NCBI GenBank assembly: GCA_002304995.1
Contig: DBPV01000044.1
Location: 10,072-74,071, forward strand
Origin: Syntrophaceae bacterium UBA1411
GTDB taxonomy: Bacteria; Desulfobacterota; Syntrophia; Syntrophales; Smithellaceae
Length of the DNA stretch: 64,000 nucleotides
Direction: 5' to 3'
The notes beneath the pieces were generated by a model that made no database searches, was not told where the DNA came from, and saw only the letters and a list, made by a program, of their open reading frames with translations. Numbering within the stretch: the stretch's first letter is position 1; each line of letters begins with the position of its first letter. Shown here one piece after another: positions 8,870 through 17,589 of the stretch. A program made the translations under genes and the position numbers.

Positions 8870-9640
8870 TCAGAGATAACTCTTCGCGCCGACGTAATGA
8901 CGGGCGTAGTAATCATCGGCAAGAGCATCGACGCTGATTTTTTTTCCGCGCGACGGCGCATGAATAAATTTTCCGCCGCCGATGTAGATGCCGACATGCG
9001 ACACTTTGCCGCGCCCTTTCATCCGGAAAAACACCAGATCGCCCTCCTTGAGGTCGCTGCGATCAACCGTCTCGCCGGCATCGTACTGCGCCGCCGAATG
9101 GCGCGGCAGATCGAGTCCGTTGAGCTGATACACCGTCATGGCAAGCCCGCTGCAGTCAAATCCCGTTTCGGCCGATGATCCCCCCCACAGATACGGCACG
9201 CCGATAAAGTCGCGCGCGGTCTCCACGAGCGACCGGCGCAGATAGGCCGCGCCTTCAGTGCTCAGGCGGGCCGCCGCATACTCCTCGGGCAGAACGATAT
9301 AGAAGTCTTCGATCACGCCGGCCTTCAGGAGCGCCAGCGCGCGCTGCCTGGCCTGCTCTTTGACGGAAAAGTTACCGAAGCGCACTTTGAACAAACCGTC
9401 CTTCGCCTTGAAATACGTCGCGTCGAGTCCCTGCGCCTTCAGTTGCTGCGTGAACCGCGCGGCGTTTTCCACCTGCGCAAACGCGCCGGCCTGGATCGTG
9501 TATCCCATCATCGCCAGCGCGCGCCGGGGCGGCTTGGCCGCATCGGGCCGCCCCTTCCCCGCGCATCCGCCGACCGCCAGCAAGAGCGCCGCCAGGAGCA
9601 GAGCCGTCGGCCGCGGAAGCGCCAACTTTATTTTTTTCAT
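8870..9640 (-). CDS. SPOR-domain + NlpC/P60 (C40) peptidoglycan hydrolase lipoprotein
   Basis: Lipobox LLLAVGGC. SPOR-like YTIQAGAFAQVENAARF...FKVRFGNF. NlpC/P60 core YLWGGSS..GFDCSGL..VSHVGIYIGGGKFIHAP. ATG at 9640 (MKKIKL) is preferred over GTG at 9658. Confidence 0.85.
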   Translation of the reverse strand: MKKIKLALPRPTALLLAALLLAVGGCAGKGRPDAAKPPRRALAMMGYTIQAGAFAQVENAARFTQQLKAQGLDATYFKAKDGLFKVRFGNFSVKEQARQRALALLKAGVIEDFYIVLPEEYAAARLSTEGAAYLRRSLVETARDFIGVPYLWGGSSAETGFDCSGLAMTVYQLNGLDLPRHSAAQYDAGETVDRSDLKEGDLVFFRMKGRGKVSHVGIYIGGGKFIHAPSRGKKISVDALADDYYARHYVGAKSYL

Positions 9641-9667
9641 CACGGGTCCGCCTTTCACGCGGCAGCG

Positions 9668-11074
9668 TCAGCGCGCCCAGCGGGCTTGAACGAACGCCGC
9701 CGCGTCTTCTCGGTTGGAAATGCCGCCTTCGAGCTGCCGGTCTTCCAGCGCCCGGAGAATCTCTCCGATTTGTTTTCCCGGCGCGTATCCCATCGCCAGC
9801 AGATCGTCGCCGGTCAGAAGCCGCGGCGGATGCAGCGCTTCGCGCTCCAGCGTCTGCAGCTGTTCGCGGCAGAAATCAAAATAATCGAGCATGCCGTGGC
9901 AGGCCAGGCAGTCCAGACGGTGCAACTGCATGTGCAGATCGAAATCCGGCATTCTGAGAAATCGTTTAAGGCGCGCGGGACGCATCTTCGTCACGTTCAT
10001 GAAGGCCATGTGCTCGCGGATAAGCCGCACAACGGTTTCCCGCTGCGCGTTGGGAAAACGCAGGCGGCGCATCAGATCCTCGGCGATGGCCGCGCCCGTC
10101 TGGACATGGCCGTAAAAGTGAATGCCCCGGTCGTCCTCGGTTTTCGAGACGGGTTTGCCGACATCGTGCAGGAGCACGGCCCAGGCCAGCGCGGGATTTG
10201 TCCGCGGCGCGGTTTCGGAAGACAGAATCTCCAGCATCCGCATCGTGTGTTCCCAGACGTCGCCTTCCGGATGAAACCGCGGCGGCTGCGCCACGCCCCG
10301 CATGTGTTCGACTTCCGGCAAAAGGAAGGCCAGAAGCCCGGTTTCGGACAGAAGTTCAAAGCCCCGGCGCGCGCCGCCGCGAACAAGAATCTTCTGCAGT
10401 TCCTCCGCGATTCTTTCGGCGCTGACGCGGCGGATGTTTTCCGCGGCCGCCCCGACGGCGCGGCGCGTTTCCGGATCGAGCGCAAAATCGAGGTTGGCGG
10501 CCAGGCGCACCGCGCGCAGGAGGCGCAGATAGTCTTCGCGAAACCGGACGGCGGGATCGCCGATGGCGCGGATGATTTTCCGGGCCAGATCGGCGCGGCC
10601 GCCGACGTAGTCGAGCATCGCGCCGGTCTCCGGATCCTGGAACAGGCCGTTGATGGTAAAGTCGCGCCGCAGCGCGTCTTCGCGGGCCGACGCATAATGC
10701 ACGCGCGACGGCCGGCGTCCGTCCTCATAGGCGTCGTCGCTGCGGAAGGTCGCCACCTCGAAGGAAAAGCCGCCGGCCACGACCATCATCACCCCGAAGC
10801 GCGCGCCGACGTTCACCGTGCGGTCAAAGAGCGCCGCCACCTCGTCCGGCAGGGCGCCCGTGGCAATGTCATAGTCGCCGGGCGTCACGCCCCGAAGAAA
10901 ATCGCGCACCGCGCCGCCCACAAAATAGGCCTCGTGCCCCGCTTCCTGAAGTCGGCGCACAATGCGCCGCGCGGCGGCGTATTTTTCTTTGTTCCGATCG
11001 TCCGGCTCCCCGGTCAAGGCTTCGGCTCCCGTAATTATTTCCTGCCCAGTTTGATCGCGCAGAACTCGCCGCAC
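9668..11074 (-). CDS. cca: CCA-adding tRNA nucleotidyltransferase with HD domain
   Basis: YFVGGAVRDFLRG, DYDIAT, RDFTINGL, and an HD region LLHDVGKP. The track start (GTG at 11074) overlaps thiC by 40 nt. An in-frame TTG at 11017 after GGGAG is an alternative start. Confidence 0.85.
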   Translation of the reverse strand: MRRVLRDQTGQEIITGAEALTGEPDDRNKEKYAAARRIVRRLQEAGHEAYFVGGAVRDFLRGVTPGDYDIATGALPDEVAALFDRTVNVGARFGVMMVVAGGFSFEVATFRSDDAYEDGRRPSRVHYASAREDALRRDFTINGLFQDPETGAMLDYVGGRADLARKIIRAIGDPAVRFREDYLRLLRAVRLAANLDFALDPETRRAVGAAAENIRRVSAERIAEELQKILVRGGARRGFELLSETGLLAFLLPEVEHMRGVAQPPRFHPEGDVWEHTMRMLEILSSETAPRTNPALAWAVLLHDVGKPVSKTEDDRGIHFYGHVQTGAAIAEDLMRRLRFPNAQRETVVRLIREHMAFMNVTKMRPARLKRFLRMPDFDLHMQLHRLDCLACHGMLDYFDFCREQLQTLEREALHPPRLLTGDDLLAMGYAPGKQIGEILRALEDRQLEGGISNREDAAAFVQARWAR

Positions 11075-12306
11075 ATGGTGCAGCCCTCTTCATTGGCGCT
11101 CCTGCTCTTCTCCAGAAGCGCGACGGTTTTTTCGGGATCGAGGGAGAGATCGACCTGTCCCTGCCAGTCGAAGGTTTTGCGGGCCTCGGACATTTTCCGG
11201 TCGCGCTCTGCGGCGCCGGAAATCCCTTTGGCGATGTCCGCGATGTGACCGGCGATCTTCGCGGCGATCACGCCGTCGCGGACGTCGGCCAGCGTGGGAA
11301 GCCGCAAATGCTCGGCCGGCGTCACGTAGCAGAGGAAATCCGCCCCCGCGGAAGCGGCAATGGCCCCGCCGATGGCGGACGTGATATGGTCGTAGCCCGG
11401 CGCGATGTCGGTGGGCAGCGGCCCGAGGACATAAAACGGCGCGCCGGCGCAGAGCTTCTTCTGCAGGCGGATGTTGGCCTCGATATCGCGGATCGGCACA
11501 TGGCCCGGCCCCTCAATCATCACCTGCACGCCCGCCTCCCGCGCGCGGGCCGCGAGCTGCCCCAGCAGAATGAGTTCGTGGATCTGCCCCGAATCCGTCG
11601 CGTCGGCAATGGCGCCGGGGCGCAGACCGTCGCCGAGGCTCAGCACCATCTCATAGCGGCGCGCGATGGACAGCAGCCGGTCGTACTCCTCGTAGAGCGG
11701 ATTTTCCCGTCCGTTGCAGCGCATCCAGTTGGCCGTCATCGAGCCGCCGCGGCTGACGATGCCCAGCACCCGGCCCTGCTTTTCGACCGTTTCGACGCTG
11801 GCGCGCGTCACGCCGCAGTGGACGGTGATGAAATCGACCCCGTCGCGGCCGTTTTCCTCGATCACGTCGAACAGATCGTCGGCTGTCATATCGGCGATGG
11901 CCTTATGCTCGCCGAGCGCTTTCACGGCCGCCTGGTAAATCGGCACCGTGCCTACGGCCACGGTCGTCCGGGCCATCACCGCCTTGCGGATGGCGGCCAG
12001 ATCGCCGCCCGTGGACAGGTCCATCACTGCGTCCGCGCCCGCCGCTTCGGCGACGCGCATCTTTTCCAGCTCCAGCTCGAGATCGTTGTTGTCCCTGGAC
12101 GTGCCGATATTGGCGTTCACCTTCGTGCAAAGCCCCCGGCCGATGGCCAGCGGCTTGATTCCCGCGTGGTTCACGTTCCGGCAGATCACGATCGTTCCTT
12201 CGACCATGCCTTGCCGGATGACCTCCGCCTCAACGCCTTCCTGGGCCGCAGCGATTTTCATTTCTTCCGAAAGAAGGCCCCTGCGGGCTTTTTCGAGTTG
12301 TGTCAT
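11035..12306 (-). CDS. thiC: phosphomethylpyrimidine synthase ThiC (short, anaerobe-type)
   Basis: TKVNANIGTS, ITVHCGV, YVLGPLPTDIAPGYDHITSAIG, and the C-terminal CTMCGEFCA cluster motif. ATG at 12306 follows GGAGG. Confidence 0.95.
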   Translation of the reverse strand: MTQLEKARRGLLSEEMKIAAAQEGVEAEVIRQGMVEGTIVICRNVNHAGIKPLAIGRGLCTKVNANIGTSRDNNDLELELEKMRVAEAAGADAVMDLSTGGDLAAIRKAVMARTTVAVGTVPIYQAAVKALGEHKAIADMTADDLFDVIEENGRDGVDFITVHCGVTRASVETVEKQGRVLGIVSRGGSMTANWMRCNGRENPLYEEYDRLLSIARRYEMVLSLGDGLRPGAIADATDSGQIHELILLGQLAARAREAGVQVMIEGPGHVPIRDIEANIRLQKKLCAGAPFYVLGPLPTDIAPGYDHITSAIGGAIAASAGADFLCYVTPAEHLRLPTLADVRDGVIAAKIAGHIADIAKGISGAAERDRKMSEARKTFDWQGQVDLSLDPEKTVALLEKSRSANEEGCTMCGEFCAIKLGRK

Positions 12307-12323
12307 GTTTTCCTCCAAATACG

Positions 12324-13121
12324 TTATAGGGACAAGACGTTCACCGGTCCGCGACCTTTTCCCAGAGTCAGCGAACGCTCAATGGCCCGTGTAATCATTT
12401 TCTTCGCCTGCGCCACGGCGCCGGCGACGCTTTTTCCTTGAGCCAGCCCCGCGGCCAGCGCCGCTGCAAACGTGCATCCGGTTCCGTGCGTGTGCGGCGT
12501 GTCGATCCAGTCCGCGCCGAACTCGCGGCACCTCCTGCCGTCGTAGAGCACATCCACGCTGCCGTCCCGGCGGCTTTGCACCAGATGCCCGCCTTTGACA
12601 ACGACGTTTTTGGCGCCCAGGCGCGCGATGCGCGCCGCCGCGTCTTTCATGGCGGCGACCGACCGGATTTTCATCCCCGTCAGCGCTTCCGCTTCCGGAA
12701 TGTTCGGCGTCACCACCCGCGCCAGCGGCAAAAGCTTCCGGACCAGCGTCCGCTGTGCGTTTTCCTGCATCACCCGCCGCCCGCCCTTGGCGATCATCAC
12801 CGGATCGACAACGACATTTTGCAGGCGGTGCCGGATAATCATTTCCGCGACGGCCGCGACCGCCGCGCCGGAAGGCAGCATGCCCGTTTTGACCGCAGCC
12901 GCGCCGATATCGGACACGACGGATGCGATTTGCGCCGCAATGGCTTTCCCCGGCACGGGAAAGACCGCCTGCACGCCGCGCGTGTTTTGCGCGGTCAGCG
13001 CAGTGACGACCGTGGCGGCGTAGCAGCCGCACGCGGCCACCGCCTTCAGGTCGGCCTGAATGCCCGCGCCCGCTCCGGAATCGGATCCGCCCACGCACAA
13101 CACCACCGCCGGTTTTCTCAT
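12324..13121 (-). CDS. thiD: hydroxymethylpyrimidine / phosphomethylpyrimidine kinase ThiD
   Basis: VLCVGGSDSGAGAGIQADLK, VVDPVM, THGTGCTFA. ATG at 13121 follows GAGGAGG and lies 1 nt after the upstream stop. Confidence 0.9.
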   Translation of the reverse strand: MRKPAVVLCVGGSDSGAGAGIQADLKAVAACGCYAATVVTALTAQNTRGVQAVFPVPGKAIAAQIASVVSDIGAAAVKTGMLPSGAAVAAVAEMIIRHRLQNVVVDPVMIAKGGRRVMQENAQRTLVRKLLPLARVVTPNIPEAEALTGMKIRSVAAMKDAAARIARLGAKNVVVKGGHLVQSRRDGSVDVLYDGRRCREFGADWIDTPHTHGTGCTFAAALAAGLAQGKSVAGAVAQAKKMITRAIERSLTLGKGRGPVNVLSL

Positions 13122-13122
13122 G

Positions 13123-13794
13123 TCAGGCCTCCTCGGGAAAAACATCCCTGTGCCAGTAGCGGATCACCAGCAGATGGCCCGCCGCCACACGGATGACCGC
13201 CCGGGACGCCGTGATGCAATTGCTGATCCCCCGCGACTCGGCTGCAAAGAGCGCTTCCTGATCGAGCGGATACTGAAAGCCCTCCAGCGTGACGCCTGCG
13301 GCCTGCGGACTGAGCGCAAGAAGCGACACCAGACACCCGGCCGCGTCTTCGATCACCGTTTCGGCGTCCGCGACAAACAGCTCGGCGAACTCGTCCACGA
13401 TCCGCGTGAAAATCCGGGCCTCCCGCCCGCGGATGAGCAGGGAAATATTGGCAAGCGCGTGATCGATCCGGCCGCCGAGCGCGCCCCAGAGGTCGATGCG
13501 GCGCGAGCGCTGTCCGATCGCGTAATCGAGGGCGAGCGCCGTGTCCGTAAAATCCTTGTCGGGCGGATAACGGAGGATCTTCACGCCGGCCTGTTCGTAT
13601 TCGGCCGCCCAAGCGGCCGGCAGGGAATCCATGTCTCCCAGAAGCACGTCGGGCCGAAAACCCGCGCGCCGCAGATGACGCACTCCGCCGTCGCAGCCGA
13701 CGAGCAGCCGGCCGGCAAGGCCTTCGATCTGCGTCCGGAAAAAATCCGGATCGCCCAGACGTCCGCCGCTCACAATCACCGTGTAAGGCTGCAT
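13123..13794 (-). CDS. thiN: thiamine pyrophosphokinase
   Basis: LLGDMDS, PPDKDFTDTALAL, GALGGRIDHALANI, and a C-terminal thiamine-binding-like region GISNC. ATG at 13794 follows GGGAGAGG. The longer track ORF (to 14007) would run through the riboswitch. Confidence 0.85.
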   Translation of the reverse strand: MQPYTVIVSGGRLGDPDFFRTQIEGLAGRLLVGCDGGVRHLRRAGFRPDVLLGDMDSLPAAWAAEYEQAGVKILRYPPDKDFTDTALALDYAIGQRSRRIDLWGALGGRIDHALANISLLIRGREARIFTRIVDEFAELFVADAETVIEDAAGCLVSLLALSPQAAGVTLEGFQYPLDQEALFAAESRGISNCITASRAVIRVAAGHLLVIRYWHRDVFPEEA

Positions 13795-13806
13795 TTCCTC
13801 TCCCGA

Positions 13807-13845
13807 ATAAAAAAGCCATACCCTTCGCCCGCAAAGGATATGGCC
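13807..13845 (-). terminator. intrinsic terminator forming the riboswitch expression platform
   Basis: Minus strand reads GCCATATCCTT, an 8-nt loop, AAGGGTATGGC (11 bp, one G-U), then TTTTTTATT. It lies between the TPP aptamer and the thiN SD. Confidence 0.7.
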
Positions 13846-13867
13846 TGCGCTGCAATTTGAAGAACCG

Positions 13868-13962
13868 CCATTCCCTACGCCGGCATTACCCGGGTCAGGT
13901 TCAAAGGGTATAATCTCAGCCGTTTGTTCCGCACCCGCGGAATTTCCGGCACCCCACGGATC
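13868..13962 (-). promoter_or_regulatory. TPP (THI-box) riboswitch aptamer
   Basis: Minus strand reads GGGGTGCC..GGCTGAGATTATACCCTTTGAACCTGACCCGGGTAATGCCGGCGTAGGGAA. This matches the conserved CUGAGA, ACCUGA and GGTAATGCC..GCG.AGGGA cores of the THI element. Confidence 0.9.
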
Positions 13963-14109
13963 AAAAAGTAATACATTCAGGATCAAAAAGCAATTTTTTT
14001 TCAACACGTCACCGGGCCGGCGGTTTTTTCATGGTGTTTTTGTTGGTGCATCATTTCGAAAAATCGCTATAATGCGCCATCACTTTTCTTGTCGAAGGGA
14101 GGATGCCCC

Positions 14110-14655
14110 ATGAAACGATTATGGTTGATGCTCCTGATCGGACCGCTTCTTTTGGGCGCGGCGCAAACCGCCCGCGCCGACATCTTTGACGTGCCGTGCA
14201 GCGTTGCGGCGCTCATCAACGCCATCACGACGGCCAACGCCACACCGGGCGCGCATACGCTCAATCTGGCCGGATCATGCACCTACTCCCTGTCGGACGT
14301 GAACAACGCCGGCGCCCTGGGCGACAACGGCCTCCCGCGGATTACCGGCCGGATGACGCTGGCCGGAGGGTCCAACACGATCATCGAGCGGCAACAAGGG
14401 GCGCCGGAATTCCGTTTCTTTCAGGTCGAAAACGCCGCGGAGCTGACGCTGCGCCAGCTGACGCTCTGCAACGGGCGCGTCGCCGCCGATCCCAAAATCG
14501 ACGGCGGCGCCATTTACACCGACGGAGGAACCGTATCGCTTGCCGGCTGCACGCTCACCGGCAACACCGCCGGCTGCGGCGGAGCAATTTACAGCGAGGC
14601 GGGAACGCTGACCGTCACAGCCAGCCGGTTTTCTGAGAACAACGGCTATGCCTGA
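14110..14655 (+). CDS. secreted right-handed beta-helix repeat protein, N-terminal part (ends at an in-frame TGA)
   Basis: ATG at 14110 follows GAAGGGAGGA. Signal peptide MKRLWLMLLIGPLLLGAAQTARA. N-terminal module DIFDVPCSVAALINAITTAN. GGAIY-type repeats. See finding. Confidence 0.75.
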   Translation: MKRLWLMLLIGPLLLGAAQTARADIFDVPCSVAALINAITTANATPGAHTLNLAGSCTYSLSDVNNAGALGDNGLPRITGRMTLAGGSNTIIERQQGAPEFRFFQVENAAELTLRQLTLCNGRVAADPKIDGGAIYTDGGTVSLAGCTLTGNTAGCGGAIYSEAGTLTVTASRFSENNGYA

Positions 14656-14859
14656 GGCGGCGGCGCCGTTCTTGGCGGCGGGACCGTCAACATTTATTCA
14701 AGCGTTTTTTCGGGAAACCGCGGGGCGGAAGCGGGCGCCGTCGGCGTCTGGGGCCGCCTGAATCTGGCCAATTCCAGCTTCATCAATAACCGTGCGCAAA
14801 GAGACGCCCAGCCCTCCGGCGGCGGCGCCGTCAGTCTGATCACGCGCGACGCCCTCGCC

Positions 14860-15771
14860 GTGATCACGGGATCGACATTTCTCCACAACACCGTCACTTC
14901 CGGTTTCGCCAAGGGCGGCGCGATCGTCACCGAAGGAACGCTGACCGTCATCAATTCAACCTTTTACGCCAATGCCGCCGACAACCGGGGCGGCGCCATC
15001 GCCATTGAAGACGGCAACGTGATTTTGCGCCATGTCACGATATCCGAAAACGGCGCGGCCCTCGCGGGAGGAATTTTTGTGGGCGGTGTGCTGAGGCTGG
15101 AAAACAGCATCCTGGCGGACAATGAAATCGGAAACAACTGCGGCGTCCTGGGCGGCGCCATCATCAACGACGGCGGCAATCTCCGCTATCCGTTCAATGA
15201 CGACAGCTGCGTGGGCTTTTACGGCAATCCGCAGCTGAAAGCGCCCGCCGACAACGGCGGCCCCACGCAGACCATGGCCCTGGACTGGGGAAGCGATGCC
15301 ATCGACCGAATCGACGGAGAAAACGGCTGCGGCGTGGGCGTCGACACGGACCAGCGCGGCGTCAAAAGGCCGCAACCGGCCTGGTCGCGCTGCGACTGCG
15401 GCGCTTACGAAAAACAGCAGTTCGGACCGGATGAACTCGATGCCCGCTGCTTCATCGCCACCGCCGCTTTCGGCTCGCCCCTGGATCCGTGCGTGACGGT
15501 GCTGCGGACCTTCCGGGACCGCTTCCTGGTCGCCAACGCCTGGGGAAGCGCCTTTGTGGCCTGGTACTACGACCGGTCGCCGGCCTGGGCCGCGCGCATC
15601 GCCGGCAGTACACCTTTAAGACTGGCCGTCCGCGCCGCCCTGCTTCCCGTAACGGCGCTGGCCTGGATGGCGCTCGGCTGGAACTGGCCGGCCACCGGCT
15701 TTTTGCTGCTTTTCGTTGTGGCATGGTTTTGGCGCAGGAAAAGCCGGCGCGGCTCAAGCGCCCCGGCGTGA
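14860..15771 (+). CDS. same beta-helix repeat protein, C-terminal part (frame is open from 14656)
   Basis: Same frame as 14110..14655. The repeats continue directly after the TGA (GGGAVLGGGTVNIYSSVFSGN). The protein ends with CFIATAAFGS, two hydrophobic helices and an RRKSRR tail. Confidence 0.7.
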   Translation: MITGSTFLHNTVTSGFAKGGAIVTEGTLTVINSTFYANAADNRGGAIAIEDGNVILRHVTISENGAALAGGIFVGGVLRLENSILADNEIGNNCGVLGGAIINDGGNLRYPFNDDSCVGFYGNPQLKAPADNGGPTQTMALDWGSDAIDRIDGENGCGVGVDTDQRGVKRPQPAWSRCDCGAYEKQQFGPDELDARCFIATAAFGSPLDPCVTVLRTFRDRFLVANAWGSAFVAWYYDRSPAWAARIAGSTPLRLAVRAALLPVTALAWMALGWNWPATGFLLLFVVAWFWRRKSRRGSSAPA

Positions 15772-15787
15772 GACCGGATTTTTCAGA

Positions 15788-16147
15788 CTAGTCTTCGCCG
15801 CGATAAATGCAGCCGGACTCCGGGCTTTCCTGGACGACGATTCGGCAAAGTCCCGGCAGAACCGGTTTGAGGCGCAGCCAGATCCAGCGGCAGAGGTTTT
15901 CCGAGGTGGGATTTTCCAGCCCTGCGATGCCGTTGAGATTCTTGTGGTCGAGCTGTTCCAGAACGGGGGCGAAGGCGGCGGCGATGTCGGCAAAATCCGT
16001 GATCCAGCCGGCGCGGGCGTCTACGGCGCCCTGCAGATGAATGGCCACCCGAAAGGAGTGGCCGTGCATTTTGGCGCACGGATGGCCGGCCGGCACAAAG
16101 GGCAGAAAGTGCGCGGCGTCAAATTTGAATACTTTGAAAATTTCCAT
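15788..16147 (-). CDS. queD: 6-carboxytetrahydropterin synthase QueD
   Basis: FDAAHFLP, CAKMHGHSF, LDHKNLN. Confidence 0.9.
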   Translation of the reverse strand: MEIFKVFKFDAAHFLPFVPAGHPCAKMHGHSFRVAIHLQGAVDARAGWITDFADIAAAFAPVLEQLDHKNLNGIAGLENPTSENLCRWIWLRLKPVLPGLCRIVVQESPESGCIYRGED

Positions 16148-16156
16148 AATCTTTCC

Positions 16157-16786
16157 TTATCGAATGCCCAGCCATTTGTGCATCTGGAGACTCAGGCGCC
16201 ACGGCGGATGCGCCAGAACATAATCCAGCGTCCGGCGGAGCGCTTCTTCCCGGTCCCTGCCGTCTCGCGGCTGGAGAAAAAAATGCCGGAAATCCAGACT
16301 GGCGTAAAGCGCGGGATCCATCTCTCCCTGCGGATAGACGAGCTTCAGCTCCTGACCGCTTTTCTGCGCCAGCCGGACGCCCGCCTTGGGGCTCACGCAG
16401 AGCCAGTCGATGCCGGCCGGCGCCGCAATCGTGCCGTTGGTTTCCACGGCGATTTCGAAGTCCGCGTCATGCAGGGCCGCAAGCAGGCCCTCGTCCACCT
16501 GCAGCAGGGGCTCGCCGCCGGTCAGCACGGCAAAGCGCTGTTTGCCGCCGCCCGGCCAGAAACCGGCCATCCTGCAGGCGAGATCAGCCGCGGTTTCATA
16601 AAGGCCGCCGGCCGCGCCGTCCGTTCCCGTAAAGTCCGTATCGCAAAAAGGACAGGGCGCGCCGGATCGGTCCTCTTCTTGCCCCGACCAGAGGTTGCAG
16701 CCGGAAAAACGGCAAAAGACCGCCGGCCGGCCGCTGTAAAAGCCTTCTCCCTGGAGCGAGTAGAATATTTCCTTGATCCGATACAT
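16157..16786 (-). CDS. queE: 7-carboxy-7-deazaguanine synthase QueE (radical SAM)
   Basis: IFYSLQGEG, CRFSGCNLWSG, TGGEPLLQ. Confidence 0.9.
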   Translation of the reverse strand: MYRIKEIFYSLQGEGFYSGRPAVFCRFSGCNLWSGQEEDRSGAPCPFCDTDFTGTDGAAGGLYETAADLACRMAGFWPGGGKQRFAVLTGGEPLLQVDEGLLAALHDADFEIAVETNGTIAAPAGIDWLCVSPKAGVRLAQKSGQELKLVYPQGEMDPALYASLDFRHFFLQPRDGRDREEALRRTLDYVLAHPPWRLSLQMHKWLGIR

Positions 16787-16832
16787 TACAGGCCCGCCTT
16801 TGCTTTCCCGCCGGAAACGGTTGCGGCCTTTC

Positions 16833-17549
16833 CTAGCGCTGCGACCTGTATCTCACCGGATCCTGAAGCCCCGCTTCCCGGAATCCTTTGAGCCGCAGCA
16901 GGCAGGAATCGCACCGGCCGCAGGACGCCCCGTCCGCATCCGGATCGTAGCAGCTGTGCGTGAGTGAATAATCGACGCCCAGTTCAACGCCCCGGCGGAT
17001 GATCTCGGCCTTGGAGAGGGCCAAAAGCGGCGCGTGAATCCTTAAAGGCTCTTTTCCCAGAACGCCGGCTTTGGTCGCGAGATTCGCCATGCGCTCGTAG
17101 GCTGCGATATATTCGGGCCGGCAGTCCGGATAGCCGCTGTAGTCGAGGGCGTTGACGCCGATGAAGATGTCGGACGAGCCGATGACTTCCGCCCAGGCCA
17201 GCGCGTAGGACAGAAAGATGGTGTTTCGCGCCGGCACGTAGGTGACGGGAATGGCCCGGGGTAGCTCCTCGACCGAACCGTGCTTGGGAACGGCGATGTC
17301 CGCCGTCAGCGCCGATCCGCCGATCAGGCGCAAATCGATGTCCACCGTCAGATGCCGGACCACCCCTGCGCGCCCGGCAATGCGCCCGGCTGCGTCGAGC
17401 TCGACACTGTGGCGCTGGCCGTAGCGGAAGCTCAGGGCGTACGTTTCAAATCCCTGCCGGCCGGCAATCGCCAGAACGGTTGCCGAATCCACGCCGCCGG
17501 ACAGCAGCACCACGGCTTTCCTTTTTTCTATGTCGGAGCGTTTGGTCAT
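16833..17549 (-). CDS. queC: 7-cyano-7-deazaguanine synthase QueC
   Basis: [13 protein letters not shown]-loop and the C-terminal Zn motif CGRCDSC. ATG at 17549 (MTKRSD). The longer track ORF would overlap tatD. Confidence 0.9.
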   Translation of the reverse strand: MTKRSDIEKRKAVVLLSGGVDSATVLAIAGRQGFETYALSFRYGQRHSVELDAAGRIAGRAGVVRHLTVDIDLRLIGGSALTADIAVPKHGSVEELPRAIPVTYVPARNTIFLSYALAWAEVIGSSDIFIGVNALDYSGYPDCRPEYIAAYERMANLATKAGVLGKEPLRIHAPLLALSKAEIIRRGVELGVDYSLTHSCYDPDADGASCGRCDSCLLRLKGFREAGLQDPVRYRSQR

Positions 17550-17589
17550 GAAAAACGGCTTTAGCAGATTTCCCGAAAATTCACCCGGC

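Noticed and set aside
6560-9178. 872-aa plus-strand ORF spanning the FGGY kinase, the H1-like gene and part of the NlpC/P60 gene.
   Set aside because: It is antisense to three well-supported minus-strand genes, has no recognisable domain and is typical high-GC shadow-ORF composition.
9443-11248. 601-aa plus-strand ORF opposite cca.
   Set aside because: It is antisense to a complete CCA-adding enzyme and has no motifs.
13795-14007. The N-terminal extension of the thiamine pyrophosphokinase ORF. Similar long 5' extensions occur on the queC, hisF, cupin, binding-protein, SDR, priA and CoA-transferase ORFs.
   Set aside because: The extensions cross a riboswitch or neighbouring genes, lack SDs and have junk composition. 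Internal ATGs with good SDs match the expected protein N-termini.
14653-14720. A selenocysteine insertion (SECIS) element after the in-frame TGA.
   Set aside because: Only a 5-bp CGCCG/CGGCG stem with a 7-nt loop can be drawn by eye. That is too weak to call. It is kept as an open alternative in the finding rather than a feature.
17550-17589. A preQ1 riboswitch upstream of queC.
   Set aside because: The gap is only 40 nt and shows none of the conserved preQ1-I/II sequence. queC appears co-transcribed with tatD.
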